Shown piece by piece: positions 12,601 to 25,680 of a stretch of DNA of 64,000 nt (positions within the stretch are counted from its first letter, which is position 1; each line of letters opens with the position of its first letter). A model generated the notes under the pieces. That model was given only the letters and a program-made list of their open reading frames with translations, searched no databases and was not told where the DNA came from. The stretch is taken from NCBI GenBank assembly GCA_973895155.1, contig OZ316891.1, positions 3,113,801-3,177,800 of the forward strand, read 5' to 3'. A program made the translations under genes and the position numbers. The DNA is from Marsupella aquatica (taxonomy: Eukaryota > Plantae > Marchantiophyta).

Positions 12601-15600
12601 AATATGTCGTCGGAGAGACGTGTTGTACTTCCCGTTGCTTTCAATCTGGAGATTCTGAATTGAACAGGACATAATTTTGCATCCTAACGCACGCTTTTGG
12701 CTCTCTTGCAGAATCGGTTGCTAGCGATGAATTATATCAATGAGGGAGAGGATGACTCTCTATATCTTGCGCATAGGTAGTCACAGCCAGTATGTCGTAG
12801 TTATCTGCTTTTTGCATGAAGTATAACATAGTGGCATTGAAGGGACATATCTGTTGAGTTGAGTGTGACGGGGTTTTCTGAGCAAGTAAGGTCTGATTCA
12901 GCATCTTGTATCTCTGATCCGGATGAGAAGCATGTATTCTCTTGAAATTGATATAAATCATGTTGTTTGAGTGACCCCCAGGGATTGGGGGCAACGCTTT
13001 AACCGATTGTATCCCGAGTACACAACTTGGGAAAACACGAAGGAGCCAGATCGGCCTCTGACAATCGGATATATTTCGCCGGACTACTTTACTCATTCTG
13101 TTTCGTACTTTATCGAGGCCCCACTTATGCACCATGACTACGGGAATTATCGGGTCATTGCGTACAGTGCGGTTGTGAAGGTTTGTAAAACCGATCCAGT
13201 TAATTTTTCAGAAGTCTGGCCAAGCGTGTTCAATTGTTGACTTTAGCATGGAGACCATCTAGGACCAAGTCATACAGACTTCTGGTTGGCAGTATACTCT
13301 GTGTATACGATTCTCTATTCAAAATCCTGCTGAACACTTGCAATTCAGCTGTCAGTTTTTGATGATGTTCAGTGATTGTTAGTTTTAGCATATATGTAAA
13401 CAGGCCGGAAATGTAGTTCTGAGGGTTTGCCCCCACAGAATGCATGAGAATGTATAGATAAGGAGGACCATTGAGAACTCCTGCCTATTGTACTTTATAA
13501 GGTGTTGATTTTCAAGTCAAGATTTAAAACTGAAAGGAAGAAGAATGTATAGATAAGGAGGACCATTGAGAACTCCTGCCTACTGTACTTTTTAAGGTGT
13601 TGATGTTCAAGTCAAGATTTAAAACTGAAAGGAAGAAGAATTCTCTTAAGGCTGCTTTGTTGTTCTGTTCAATCAGGCCGATGCAAAAACGAATCGCTTT
13701 AAAGAAGCAGTGTTAAAGAGAGGCGGTATCTGGAGAGATATTTATGGCATCGACGAGAAGAAAGTAGCGAGTTTTGTTAGAGAGGATCAAGTTGATATAC
13801 TCATAGAGCTCACTGGACACACGGCAAATAATAGACTCGGTGTGATGGCATGTCGACCTTCACCAGTGCAGGTCCGTTCCTTGTGTCCTATTCTTTGTTG
13901 TGTCAGTAGAGTTTCAATTTAATATGGCTTTTCACCGGACCCAATCATCTGTAGGTAAAGTTTCTAGATGTGGCCCCCTTTTAGTGTGTTTGTAGCTCAA
14001 CCCTGAAAATAAACTAAGCTCAAGACTGGTGCTTGTCACAAGGAGGGTTGAACTTTAGAAAGTACTTTTTAGGAGCCAAATGTTGGCGTCTAACTTTCTG
14101 GGTTCCAGTAAGTTGTAAGTAAACCATGGTCTTTACCTGGATTGCTGAAATTCTGGCAGGCAACGTGGATTGGATATCCAAATACTGCAGGCTTACCGAC
14201 TATTGATTACCGGTTTACGGATGCTTTGGCAGATCCTCCCAACACCAGGCAGCAGTAAGTTAGACAGTTTATAGCTTCATCGCCTTGCATTCAGAACGCA
14301 AATTCCTGATCTCTATTTTATCACTCCCCTTTCAGTAGTATTCCTTTTCATCAATGCTACGAAACCATTATCTTGGGTTACATGTCACGTCTTACATTTT
14401 CTCCCTTGCCCCTTTTCCCTTGAGCACTTGATAATCTTGGAGGTGACCTTCCAATGTCAATGCTTTCAAAGCAAAAACATCTGCTAGAGCGATCCTATAT
14501 TCTATTCTACTTTGCTGGTTGGCTCACAGGATTTGCGTTCGGCATACTTTCGTTTGTGTTTCTTGTTGCGAGCTGGATGAAGTCGCATACTGACTGCAGT
14601 TATTTCTTGACGATGCAAAACTGATGTATGAAGATTCTAAATATTGATACAGGCATGTGGAAGACCTTGTCAGACTGGCGGGATCTTTCTTGTGCTACAC
14701 TCCATCGCCTGAGACGGGACCAGTTTTGCAGACCCCAGCTTCTACCTATGGCTTTGTCACATTTGGCAGCTTCAATAACCTTGCAAAGGTATAGGTAATC
14801 CTCTTTTGTGTCCTCCAAGTTCACAAGATGAAGCATGTTTGTCTCTAGAATTTCAATAAAATGATGTGGCTTGCCTAGTTTGTAGAAACTACTGCCGAAT
14901 CTCAATTCCCTTCACTGAAATCTTGTTGTTATAGTTTCTGCCTTTTGCCAAGTCCAGACCAACCCTTTAGTGAGGTCTGTCTCTTTCATACTGTAAAAAC
15001 TTACAATCCTGGCAGGGACGGTTTGAATAGCCCTTTCTTCCTTATGCCTTCTGGAATTTCCCTTTATCTATTGTTAAGTTCTGCATGTAATGAATAGTGC
15101 AGTTAGAAGTCTTGAACACTTATATTGGCATTAAGTAGCATCATTCTTGAACAATGATAGTGTATTCTGTTCTGGAAGATTGTATTAACGAGAATGCATG
15201 CTGTGTAATCTGTAGGAGACTACTTGTAAGCAGACTAGGCTGATAAGAGTGACCGTGAAAGGATGTTTGCATCTTTCTTTCTCACCCACCCATTGCGCCC
15301 CCGCCCCCCCACCCCCCCTCTTCAAAAAATAAAATTATAAAACGCAATGAAATGGCACGTGCTCGATATGTTTGGCCCCTTCTTCCATCTTATCTGGCAG
15401 TGCAAGTCCAACATGTTGTGAGGTGTTTGTTCTGTTTACCGGCCCTCTATTGCGTTACCACTCTGACCCATTGAAACCAACAGATAACTCCTCGGGTACT
15501 TCGAATTTGGGCAAAAATCCTAATTGCCGTACCGTCCTCACGGTTGGTAGTCAAATGCAAGCCTTTTTGCTGTGAAAGTGTAAGGGATGGATTCCTTGCG

Positions 15601-16805
15601 AAGCTCAAGGAGCTGGGAGTAGCGTCTCATCGGGTTGATCTTCTCCCTTTGATTCTCCTAAACCACGACCACATGCAGGCCTACTCTTTAATGGACATCA
15701 GGTTTGTCCGTCTTCTGATGTTACTGTGCCATGCGAAAGCTTTTTTTAAAGTTACGCTGAAGGCACTTGATGCTGAGTAGTATTCTTTTGGACTGCGAGT
15801 CCGTCATGAAGTTGATCTTTGTATATCCTTGCAATAATTGTCAGTAAGAACTTGCACGGGTCAAATATGGACATCCTAGCAGGGCTCGCTGGAAAAATAT
15901 TCTTAACGCCCTTTGGCCTGAACCGGCTTCCCTATCCACGGTTTGAGGGATCCGTAAGAATTGAGGATCCCGCTCCTGATGCAATGAAGTGTGGGAATTG
16001 TTGGGAAATTTAGAACGATGTCTTTGGATTCTGAAGTTTGCATTTTACAAGTTTGAATCGGTCAGTCAAATCAAGGTGAGTCAGACAAATAACCTAAACC
16101 GATTTGAAAGGTAGGAGTATGATCTAAATTACGTGTATGTGCAGCCTTGATACATTCCCGTATGCGGGCACCACTACCACGTGTGAATCTCTTTACATGG
16201 GGGTGCCGTGTGTGACTTTGGGTGGTCGTGTGCATGCTCACAATGTTGGTGTTACTCTTCTCCATCAAGCCGGTAAGCGTCAAAACTTTCGATGTGACGA
16301 GTATCCAGGTCGTGGCTGTCTACTTAATTCTCCTGAAATTGATTGATAGCACAGAAGAAACAGAAACTCTAGTCCCGTTATCAGGACTGTTGGAAGTCCT
16401 CAGAAATATTATTCTTCTGCCGGAGAGTGGGACTGAGAAAGTTACATTTCGTTGGATGCGTGACTGTTGACAGGTTTGGAGAAATTAGTTGCCTGGACAG
16501 AAGACGAGTATGTTACGAAAGCAGTTGAGTTGGCATCCGATATTCCTGCACTTAATGCCTTAAGACTTGGGTTACGTGAAAGGATGCTCAAGTCACACCT
16601 TTGCAATGGCCCTGAATTTGTAGGAGGTTTAGAGTCAATCTATCGCAAACTCTGGCACAGGTATTGTAATGGCGATGTACCATCACACCTGAAGCGAAAA
16701 GCGGAGGTGGATGTAGCAGAGGACCGTGTGCTGGGTGGTAGATGTGCTAGCGGCAATGGAGAGTTGGCCACCGATATGAGTATGAAAGATGCCGTATTTG
16801 TGTAG
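9634..16805 (+). CDS. SPY: SPINDLY O-fucosyltransferase (GT41, TPR), ~770 aa, N-terminally short. Exons: 9634-9669, 9838-9999, 10239-10414, 10556-10631, 10920-11048, 11659-11778, 11999-12067, 12169-12250, 12463-12557, 12712-12776, 12982-13180, 13677-13871, 14160-14254, 14653-14788, 15484-15701, 16145-16272, 16474-16805
   Basis: Peptides are near-identical to plant SPY: LTDLGTSLKLAG, AYYNLGVVYSEMMQYD, NPHCAEACNNLG, IGYISPDYFTHSVSYFIEAPL, ELTGHTANN, TFGSFNNLAK, DTFPYAGTTTTCESLYMGVP. All introns are GT-AG and the exon sum is 2313 nt (771 codons). The first exon and start codon are inferred and less certain. Confidence 0.95.
13447..13640 (+). repeat. Near-perfect ~95 bp tandem duplication in SPY intron 11
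   Basis: agaatgtatagataaggaggaccattgagaactcctgccta...aaaactgaaaggaaga occurs twice with about 3 mismatches. Confidence 0.95.
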
Positions 16806-18270
16806 CTTCTCATTGTGATCCAATGCTCGCTCTCGGTGTCGACTCACACCACTTGGAGGTGACATTCCAGGGATTTTCGGACGAAATGCAAAGACGGTCT
16901 TTAGCTCTTCAATCTCACCAACATGTTTAATGAGTTTGTAGTTCCACTCGTCAACTTCGGCATCATGGAAATTGTTCCTGGGACACCATAACAAATATTG
17001 CTCAGTAGCGGTATTGTGCCGACATTTTAGAATTGGGCTGGTTCCAACAACGGACGATTATGAACTCCAATTCTTTGGTTGGAAGATTTGTTGCTTGGTG
17101 ATGTGGGTCAGAGACTTTTACTCAACCCGGATCAAGGATAGCATCCTCAATAAGGCGTTTCTGAAGTAAGAAGCGGTGTTGGGCATGAGCTGTGCACAAG
17201 GAAAGGAAGAGCCAGTGCCTCGCACGACGGATATTGGTCCAACAAATGATATTTAGTCAAGTAAAGCCACAGAAATGGAACCCTGTCGGGAAGGTTATTA
17301 GAGTTGATACCAACTTCCGGTGATGGGTCGCTACCGTGGACATACAAAGCGACCGGCCTACAAGGAGACAGGGAAGTCCAGATCGCTATTGCGAGCGTGT
17401 GAAAAGGCATTGAGCACTGCAATCTGAGAAACATGGGGCTTTATATTTTTGTAGCCAATTTCTCTAGTAAACCTCGCAAGAACCATGCGCATGCTCCCAG
17501 TGCTTATTCTCTTGCAGGTTGACCTACAGCGCTTGTACGAAGTGAGTGAAAATATCTTTGGAAATGAGAGTGCTTGGATGCGGCTTACTGATTGCCTCTT
17601 CTACGCAAAATGAGAGCAGCCCTTTTTTTGGAGCTGCTAAGATTAAATTTCAGAAGATTAAATGTCTCAGTTTTTCGTCCTAAGTCGTGGCCAGGCTCTT
17701 TTATGCATGTGTTGAATCTGTGCAGTTCGAGGTTCTGGGGATTTGTAGCTTAGATCCCTGGAAACTTGTTACAAAGCTTGTCAGTTACATGTCACCCTCC
17801 AGTACTTCGGAGTCCTGGTTTGGTAAGTCATATGAAAACTTGTTAGAGTGAGGTGTTTATGATAGCGGTTCTTAAAGGGAAAGTTCTACGCTGTCAGCTG
17901 AAGCTTGTTATTTACATTTAACGTTTCTCTCTCCAGGAATTGGGAGTCCTGGTTTTGGTGCTTACTCTCCCACCTGAAAATCACACCTCACAAGAACTGC
18001 ACCCAAAACTAAGGTCGTCTCATGTGACTATCTGCCTAGTTTCGTTCCCTGGCATGTGCCTGTTGAGAATCATTATGAATCTGGGCTCCTAGTTCGTGTT
18101 TAAACCCCAAACCGACCATACTTTTAGTGAGTTGCAAGGATTTTCCATAGAGCCGGGTTAGCCCTAAATTCCCTTTCACTTTGGTTTGGTAGTCTTAAAG
18201 TGCTACTGTAGTTCACATCAGCCACAACAACTATAGTAGTAAGTCATACCTTGATGGTTATATGAAATAC

Positions 18271-19076
18271 CGTTAGGGTCCAGCAAGTCTATCACAGGAC
18301 ATTTGTATTTGATTGGCCGTGGGTTGAAGCATTCCTGGATTCCCGCAACACGCGGTTCATCCCAAACCAAACAGAAACATGAAGATCATAACCTGAACCA
18401 TAAATGTATGGACCTACATGGTAGAGTTTAATCCTCCCTATGATGAAATTGGCAAATCTAGAATAAAGTGCTTTGCTTTGCAACTCGTAATGGCATGTGC
18501 ATGATCATCCAATGAATAAATAATCTACATAGTGTAATAAGTGTGCATGATCATCCAATGAATAAATAATCTACATAGTGTAATAAGTGAGTCACCTTTG
18601 ATGAGGTTACAATATATGGCTCAAATCATCAGCATGGTTACATGATTGAGCCATGTGGATGATTGAGCCATGTGAATGTAGCCATATATCTAGCCAAATA
18701 GTGATTTATTGGCTCAATAGTCTAAGTCTACCTCATCAAATTGAAGCCATCTATATATACAAAAGATAGCACTCTAGGTGCGTCAACCATAGTCTTCACA
18801 GCATAAGCTCTCACTACCTCTCAAGGGACACTCTAATAATGAGACTGAGTATATAGAAGCCAGCACGACTAACCTAATCAAGTTTGTAAATATAATTAAT
18901 CTAACTATGGTTGCAGTCGTAATTCCAGATCTAAGAGTGAATGCCCTCAAGGGACACTCTAATAACGAGCTTGAGTATATAGGAGCCAGCACGACTAACC
19001 TAACCAAGTTTGTAAATATAATTAATCTAACTATGGCTACAGTCGTAATTCTAGATCTAAGAGTGAATGCCTAACA
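18271..19076 (+). mobile_element. Probable old solo LTR with internal 46 bp (18497-18589) and 126 bp (18820-19071) tandem duplications
   Basis: Ends are cGTTAGG...CCTAACA (imperfect inverted ends), with TATA-like ctatatatac at 18751. The flanks aatac/tctac match only partly. The internal duplications are directly visible. Confidence 0.4.
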
Positions 19077-21143
19077 TCTACGAATGCAAATGGCTGTGGT
19101 GTATTTAAAGACAACCAAGATTGAGTACATCATGCCCTTAAGTTGGTCAAATAATTTCCCTAACCACACAAAAATCTTCAACTCTTGCTTGACACTCCAA
19201 TCTAAATATTATAATATGCAATATCCCACTTCCTTTCTCTATAGCCCAATGCTCATGCATTGCATGATTGTTCTTGTGACCATGTGGTGATTGTGGTCAC
19301 ATGTTCATGTTGTTGTTGTGAAAGTGATGGTGTGGGGTTGACAAGGGCATAGGAGGGTAGTGCAAATAGTGGCCAGGCAGATGCCCACAATTGTATGGTG
19401 CATGTGGAGGGCGACCTTTTTTCTTCCCTATGGCCTCCTGTCCCCTTTCTCTCCTCCCACTCTCCCTCCTTTGCCCTCCTGCTCCTGTGATGAATGGCAT
19501 GGCTGGAACGGTAGGCTCTGCTTGAGGGCAGGGAAGGCAGGGAGGGCCTCTATTAGCCATGGATCAGGCGAGGCGGCCTGGGGCGCATTAGGCCAGGGTC
19601 ATTTTGGGGTGTTTTTGAGAGAAGTAGAAGATCACGCAAACATGTGTCTAGAGCAAACAACAAGGATATGGTCTTGCTTATTTTGAATTTATTAACAAAC
19701 TGAATGGACGCGTTGGGCAGGATTACTTACTATAGTGGTTTGATGGTCCATTTACTAAATACCATTTTTGCCGGAAGCCTCCCTATCTATTAGGTTATGG
19801 TGACATTCTTCTAACCATGAGATGGGCCTGACAATTCCATTGTAAAGAGTTTTCCTTGCCAAAGCTGTCACTCGCCTTGCAGCTCTTGTACTGCTTGAAA
19901 TCCAGTTGCCAGATGGACTCACTAACTCCCTGCAGTGTCCGACTGCCTGGCTGCCTCATTTGTGCTTGATAACACTTCCACTCAACATGACTTACTATTG
20001 ACGCAATGCAATAAACATACATAGGGCTAGTAGCCATGATAGTATTGATCACAACAGCAGGCAAAAGAACACTTGGAAGACAATTGAAAATGGGATGAGT
20101 ATATGGGCTAGAGTAATTTTTGAGGTCTTCTAAAATTTGCCAGAAGTGAAGGAGAAGATTCTAAGAATATTTTTTATTGAAATTTCCCAAGGCAATTCTT
20201 AGATTGTTAGATCTTGGTAGATTTAAGGAGAGCTAAAAGGCCTGTGATCCAGAGGGAAGCTGGTTAATGTAATCCAAAAAGTCTGGCCAAGGTTTATTTT
20301 TAAGGATTCTGGCCAAAGCAATTCTAGCTAAGGTAGCCTTTGGCTAATTTTGTCATCATAAGAAACACTGGTATCGGTATCTATTATTAGTTTCTTGTGG
20401 TATGTTTACGAATTCTCATTCTGATGGGAAGCCTCGCTAATAGTTTGATTATGGTTGCCAAATTTTCCAAACCATGAGATTGGCCTAAAGTGGCATTGTG
20501 CACCTTTTTGGCACCCAACTTGTCAATCTCCTTGCAACTCACACCCTCCTTGAAATCCAGTTGCCAGACCAACCACCCATAGTGTAAGATTGCCTGGCCA
20601 TCTCAATTATACTCCAAAACACTTTCTCTCAACATCACTTACTATAGACAAGTGTGTACAATGCAACGCAACAAGTGGGGCTAGTGGGGTCATGGGTGCC
20701 CAATGCTTTTTGTGCCCATAGGGACCATGCAAAGATAAATCTTATTATAAAAATGTGAACAAAGTGATCATGAGTCTCAATAAAAAAAAACTTTATACGA
20801 GGATAGACAAAAATGATATTGATTCCAAATAAAGAAAAAAGTGAAATGAGGGTGGACAAAAAGCAAGGATGGGGCAAAGATTGACTGAAATACATAAAAA
20901 AAATATTATGCAAGATTATATTTTCCTTCGTATCTATTTATGGTCAAGGAAAGGGTAAATCCAGCTTGTTACCTCTAATCAAAAGCGAGGAGTAAAGAGT
21001 TCTGTACTGAAACTTATATTACACGCCTACATGTGTAAAGCCGGTGTCCTTACACCAAAGACTTCTCCAGCAGAGCTCCGCTGCTTCTTGCCTTCTTCTT
21101 CTTCCGACTGCCATTTCATTTTATAGATTTAAGGTCATTTTGC

Positions 21144-21720
21144 TCACTCTCGGAAGTCGGGGCTGATTTCTATGTAATGCTGATCCGAATTTGACTCCAC
21201 CTCAACTTTGCTCCCTTCGTCCTCATCATCGTCAACAGCAGAACACCCTTTCGCATTCCCGTTCCACATTTTCTTCTCTGCTTTGGTCCGGTCTCTTTTG
21301 TCAATGCCAACAAGCGAAGAATTGCAATTCTCCCTCTCTCTCACTGTCGGATCGCAAGTCGGGGCCGATTTCTGTCGAATGTTGCTCCGAATTTGACTCG
21401 TTGGATTTCAAGTTCGCTCCGTCGTCTTCAACAGACTTTTGGCATTTGGGTTCCACATCGTCTTCTCCGCTTTGGTCTGGTATTTTTCGTCAATGCGAGC
21501 AAGCCGAGAATTGCAATTCTTTCTCTCACACTGTCGGATCAAAGGTCAGGGGCGATTACTATCCAATGCTGCTCCGAATTTGACCCATTCTATTTCAAGT
21601 TCCCTTCCTCGTCATCTTCAACAGACTTTACGCAATTGGGTTCCACATTTCCTTCTGCGTTTTGGTGTTGGCTTTTGTCAAAGTTGGCAAGCGAAGAATT
21701 GCAATTCTCTCTCTGGCTCT
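21144..21720 (+). repeat. Three degenerate ~190 bp tandem repeats upstream of the NUB1-like start codon
   Basis: Each unit contains cact.tcgga, tccgaatttgac, tcaacag, gttccacat and gcaagc..agaattgcaattct. Units start at about 21145, 21342 and 21529. Confidence 0.85.
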
Positions 21721-21755
21721 CTTTCTTTAGCAAGCAGAAGCAGGGGCAGGTTGAG

Positions 21756-24700
21756 ATGGGGGGAGGCAATGCAGGGCCGAGCAGGACGCCTACTAGTCTG
21801 AGAGTAGCCGGAGCTTGGTCAGGCTCTATGGAAGTGCTCCTGGACGAGTGGACTGTGAAGGACTTGCGAGCGGAGGTGAGCAGGCTGTCCGGATTCTCGC
21901 TTCGCACCGTGAATTTGATCAGTGCCGGGAAAATTCTGAAAGACTATCAGCCTGGGCGAGAGCACTCGCTCACTCTTAGAGAGGCCGGGCTGGGGGAGAA
22001 CTCCAAGCTGCTGGTCACGAGAGTGGGCGGAGAGCAGGCCAATGCTATGAACCAGGAGACAGAGCGGTCGGAGCGCCTTTCCCGAATCAAGTACGTTCAC
22101 TCTTTTCTCGAGAAAAACTGTTTACCATCAGACGGCTGCATTTTTTCTTCTTGAATTTGCCGTTTTGGGGGAATTTGTTTGCTATGCCTCTTGTCTCTTG
22201 TCTCCATATTTTTGGCAATTGACTCCTCACTTGGCAAACTTGAAAATCATTGTGACAGGGCAGCTGCTGACTCTATGGCGAAGAGGAGTAACGAGGACGG
22301 CTCTCCCGTCGACGATGAGTTCGTCCTTCAGATTGAGAATCAGAGTGGAGACCAACTAACGCTCAATTCCGCCGATGACCGCAGGCAAATGCTCGCCTCA
22401 TCCTCCATCATATTTTGTATTGGATACTTAATTTTTTCTATTGAAATGCTTGGGGTTTAACAAAAAGGTTGAATAATTCAGGCTGGCCCGTTTGATCATT
22501 GCGTATACGTGAGGAACAAATTGTTTGACCTCGTTTTACTCCCTCTGATTCCGCCGGCGGTTCTCCCGGTTGCCACGAGGGAAGGAAAGGAGAGGTGGCA
22601 AAAACTGAGTTGGGTAAATTGAGTGATCGTTTCTAACGTCGTTTGGGTTCTTGGCAGGGCGCTGATGATGGGTTTGATGCTGCACGCAAAGGCTCGCGGT
22701 CTTGTTCAACGGGCCCAGTACACTGAAGCGCTAGAGATCCTTGCAATGGCTGAGGTAGAAACTAGAAACCAACTCTGAGGCCCCGAAAGATTCATGTTCT
22801 GTTGCACCCCACATTTTCTGTTCCATGTCACACTCCCACGTCCATATTCTATCCTTTTAACTAGGGCCTGTACTGAATTAATTATAGTGGCTTGTGAGTT
22901 GATGTGTCTCCGAGTTTTCTGGCATGGAAATTTGTTGCAGTAGCGTGTTAGTGAAATCATATGTTCAACTTCAATTTTAGATGTGTGGAATTGGATGTGC
23001 AAGGTGTTCCTTGGAGAGGAAGCACGTGGTTTGATTCCTGGTCAAATGTCGATGTGCGAGCTTCGGTTTGTGTGATGTGGGTGTAATCACCTCCCGATTG
23101 GTTGAGCATCACATAAGGTTCTGACCGGTGGGTGTTGCAACTTGTCTCTTTCCATTATCGTTTGCTTGCAGGAAGCGCTTTCACTCTGCGATCGAAAGAT
23201 TCTTGAGGTAACCATTTCCAGATGTACATTTTCCTGGTGAGAAAATTGCAAGCAGTGCTTCAATTTCAAAGTGATGGCAGGACTGTGAGTGTGAGCTTGA
23301 GCAGGATCTTATCGTTAACAACTGGAGATCGTGAACCATTCTGGGTCACGTCTACCCAAACACAGGTCACTAAGGAACTCATGTGACGTAGGTGCTGTGA
23401 TACTGGAAACTCAGGGGCTTTGTCCATGAAAATTGTGTAGGCAGTGGACAATGCAGCCCTTTTGCAGCTCGACACAGTTTGGTGTCTCTTCATGCTGCGT
23501 GACATTTCGCGCCTTGCAGTTGCCAGAGAGCGGCTATTGAAGGCTCGGGAAGGGTTGAGTCGATCTCATGGAAGTAATTTGGAGCGGCTACGAGTGCTTC
23601 AAGGAAGATTCAGTCCAGAGCTTGCAGTGTAGAAATCTATCCTTTCATATTTCTTGGTTCTTCAATTTGCTAGGGCTCGAGTGTCAGGGGCCCCCCTTCC
23701 AGTTCAACAATTCTAGGATTGCCATTGTAGCAAATAGATATCGTTTGATTTTGGGGGACTTTTAATTATTACAACTGAGAGGAGACTGTTAACAATGACC
23801 ATATCCAGGCAGTGTTTAACTTCTCTTGAACATCAAGCTTGTGTAGAGTAAGATCTGACTGTTCATTTTGCTGCTGCAGTTATGTCAGATTGGAACTCTT
23901 GGAGGGTGTGGTTGCCTACCATAGTGGGAAGTCTGAAACTGCTAGGCAATCGTTGGTCGCTGCCCACAGCAAGTTTCAGCAGGTATCTCCATGTTGTCCA
24001 TGGAGTGTATACTCTCTGAGTTTGTCGGATCTAATCATTGGTGTTTTCGGTGCTGAATTTGGACAACTCCATCAACCCACATTACATTTGGGTTTCTCAG
24101 AAATTGTGCTAAAAATCAGACTCTACTCCCTCCGTTATTCCTGTCAATTTCATGCTTTACTTATCAGAGTCTTTGGTGATCCCTGCAGCTTCAAGTGTCC
24201 GATGAGGCCCTGGCGCAGCTAGGAGCTATGGGCTTTACTACACTGGAGTCGAGAAGGGCTTTACGAATGTGTGGCCAGGATGTGCAGCGGGCTGTTGAGT
24301 TTACCATGGAGGAAAAACGAAAGAAACTAGAGCAGAAAGAGGAGGATCGAAGAGTACGTAGAGAGCTCAGGCAAGCAGTTGGAAATAGTGTGCAAACTTT
24401 CTCCTGTTTTTAGGTTACTTCTTTGTTATTTGAAGATGTCCTTACCTGAATAACTAGTTTTCCTTACCATATACAACCTGACTGCAGGGAGCAGAGAAAG
24501 TTCGGTAAAACACCCGGGGGCAAGGCAGTAGATATGACCAAGCTGGATAAGCTGCTCCCCATTGGGTAGGACAGGTTTACCGATACACCGTTTCTATTCT
24601 AGTCTACAATCGATTTAAATTGCACTGTGCATCTCCCAGGATGAATTGACTGCCCATGCATCTTCAATCAGAGGCATGGGGCTCACCTCAATTTTGGCCT

Positions 24701-25680
24701 TTGGTTTGTGTCACATCAGATATGAGAAGCGTATAGCAGCTGAAGCGCTGCGGCAATGTGAGAACGATTTCCAACGAGCCCTAGATGTTCTGTCGAATCC
24801 AGCCGCATTTGCTGCCCTACAGGTATCAACTCTCATTTTATTACCCTTGTGCAATTTCGTAGCAAAGGAGCTCTAAGTCGCGCAGACTGGCCTTGTTCAA
24901 ACGCCGCGAATGACTTAATTCACTAGAGCTGATTCAACTTTCTGCACAAAGCATTCGGTTTATTTGAGCACGGACCAAAACATGGTGGGCTCTCTGCGAG
25001 GCTTATACTTGCATAAGTTGACATTGGCTTCCCTTTTTATGAAATTCATAAATAAATGCTATATGCCCATGGTACAATTACCGCTTCAGACTCGTGCATA
25101 GGCCTTTCAATTGACTAGCATACCATGATTGGTCGGTCAATCCAAACCAGGTCTCTTTGGAAGCAAGGCCTTCTCGCAGACAAGTGGATGATACCGTCCT
25201 CACCACGCTAGTATCTATGGGATTTGAGAGAGAAAGAGGTAAGTTAGTTTTGCCCTTGTCTTTATCAACAGCCCGTTCATTCATTGATTTAGTATGTAAA
25301 CAGTCAGCTGAGTGTGATGCAATGCATTTTTTGCTCGTGCAGCTATGAAAGCACTTCAGGGTTCAGATAGCTCAAGTCAAGCCATTGACAAACTGCTCCA
25401 AGGGCAATTCTCACAAACAGATGCTGCATTAGCAGCAAGACAGGATGCCATTGCAACTTTGAGTCAGGGTCCTAGTACAGCCGGGTCCTCTGGTTCTGGA
25501 GCGGAAGATATACTAATTGAAGCACGAGAACCACGGGACGAGGAGATGGAGGGTGACATTGCAGCTAACTTGTCTGGTGACTCTCTTGAAGAGTATGACT
25601 TGGACGTTGACAAGGAAGGGGAAGCAATTATGGAATATCTTGCTCTTGTCGATGGTGTTACAATTTGTGATACTTCCTAG
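21756..25680 (+). CDS. NUB1: NUB1-like (NEDD8 ultimate buster 1) UBL + UBA-domain protein, ~557 aa. Exons: 21756-22090, 22259-22384, 22658-22754, 23172-23207, 23441-23628, 23880-23982, 24189-24370, 24488-24565, 24720-24822, 25151-25238, 25343-25680
   Basis: N-terminal ubiquitin-like domain (LRVAGAWSG...NLISAGKILKD); RALMMGLMLHAK, DNAALLQLDTVWC and YVRLELLEGVVAYHSG; three UBA-like segments (LGAMGF, LLPIGY, LVSMGF); C-terminal YDLDVDKEGEAIMEYLAL. Exon sum is 1674 nt. Confidence 0.88.
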
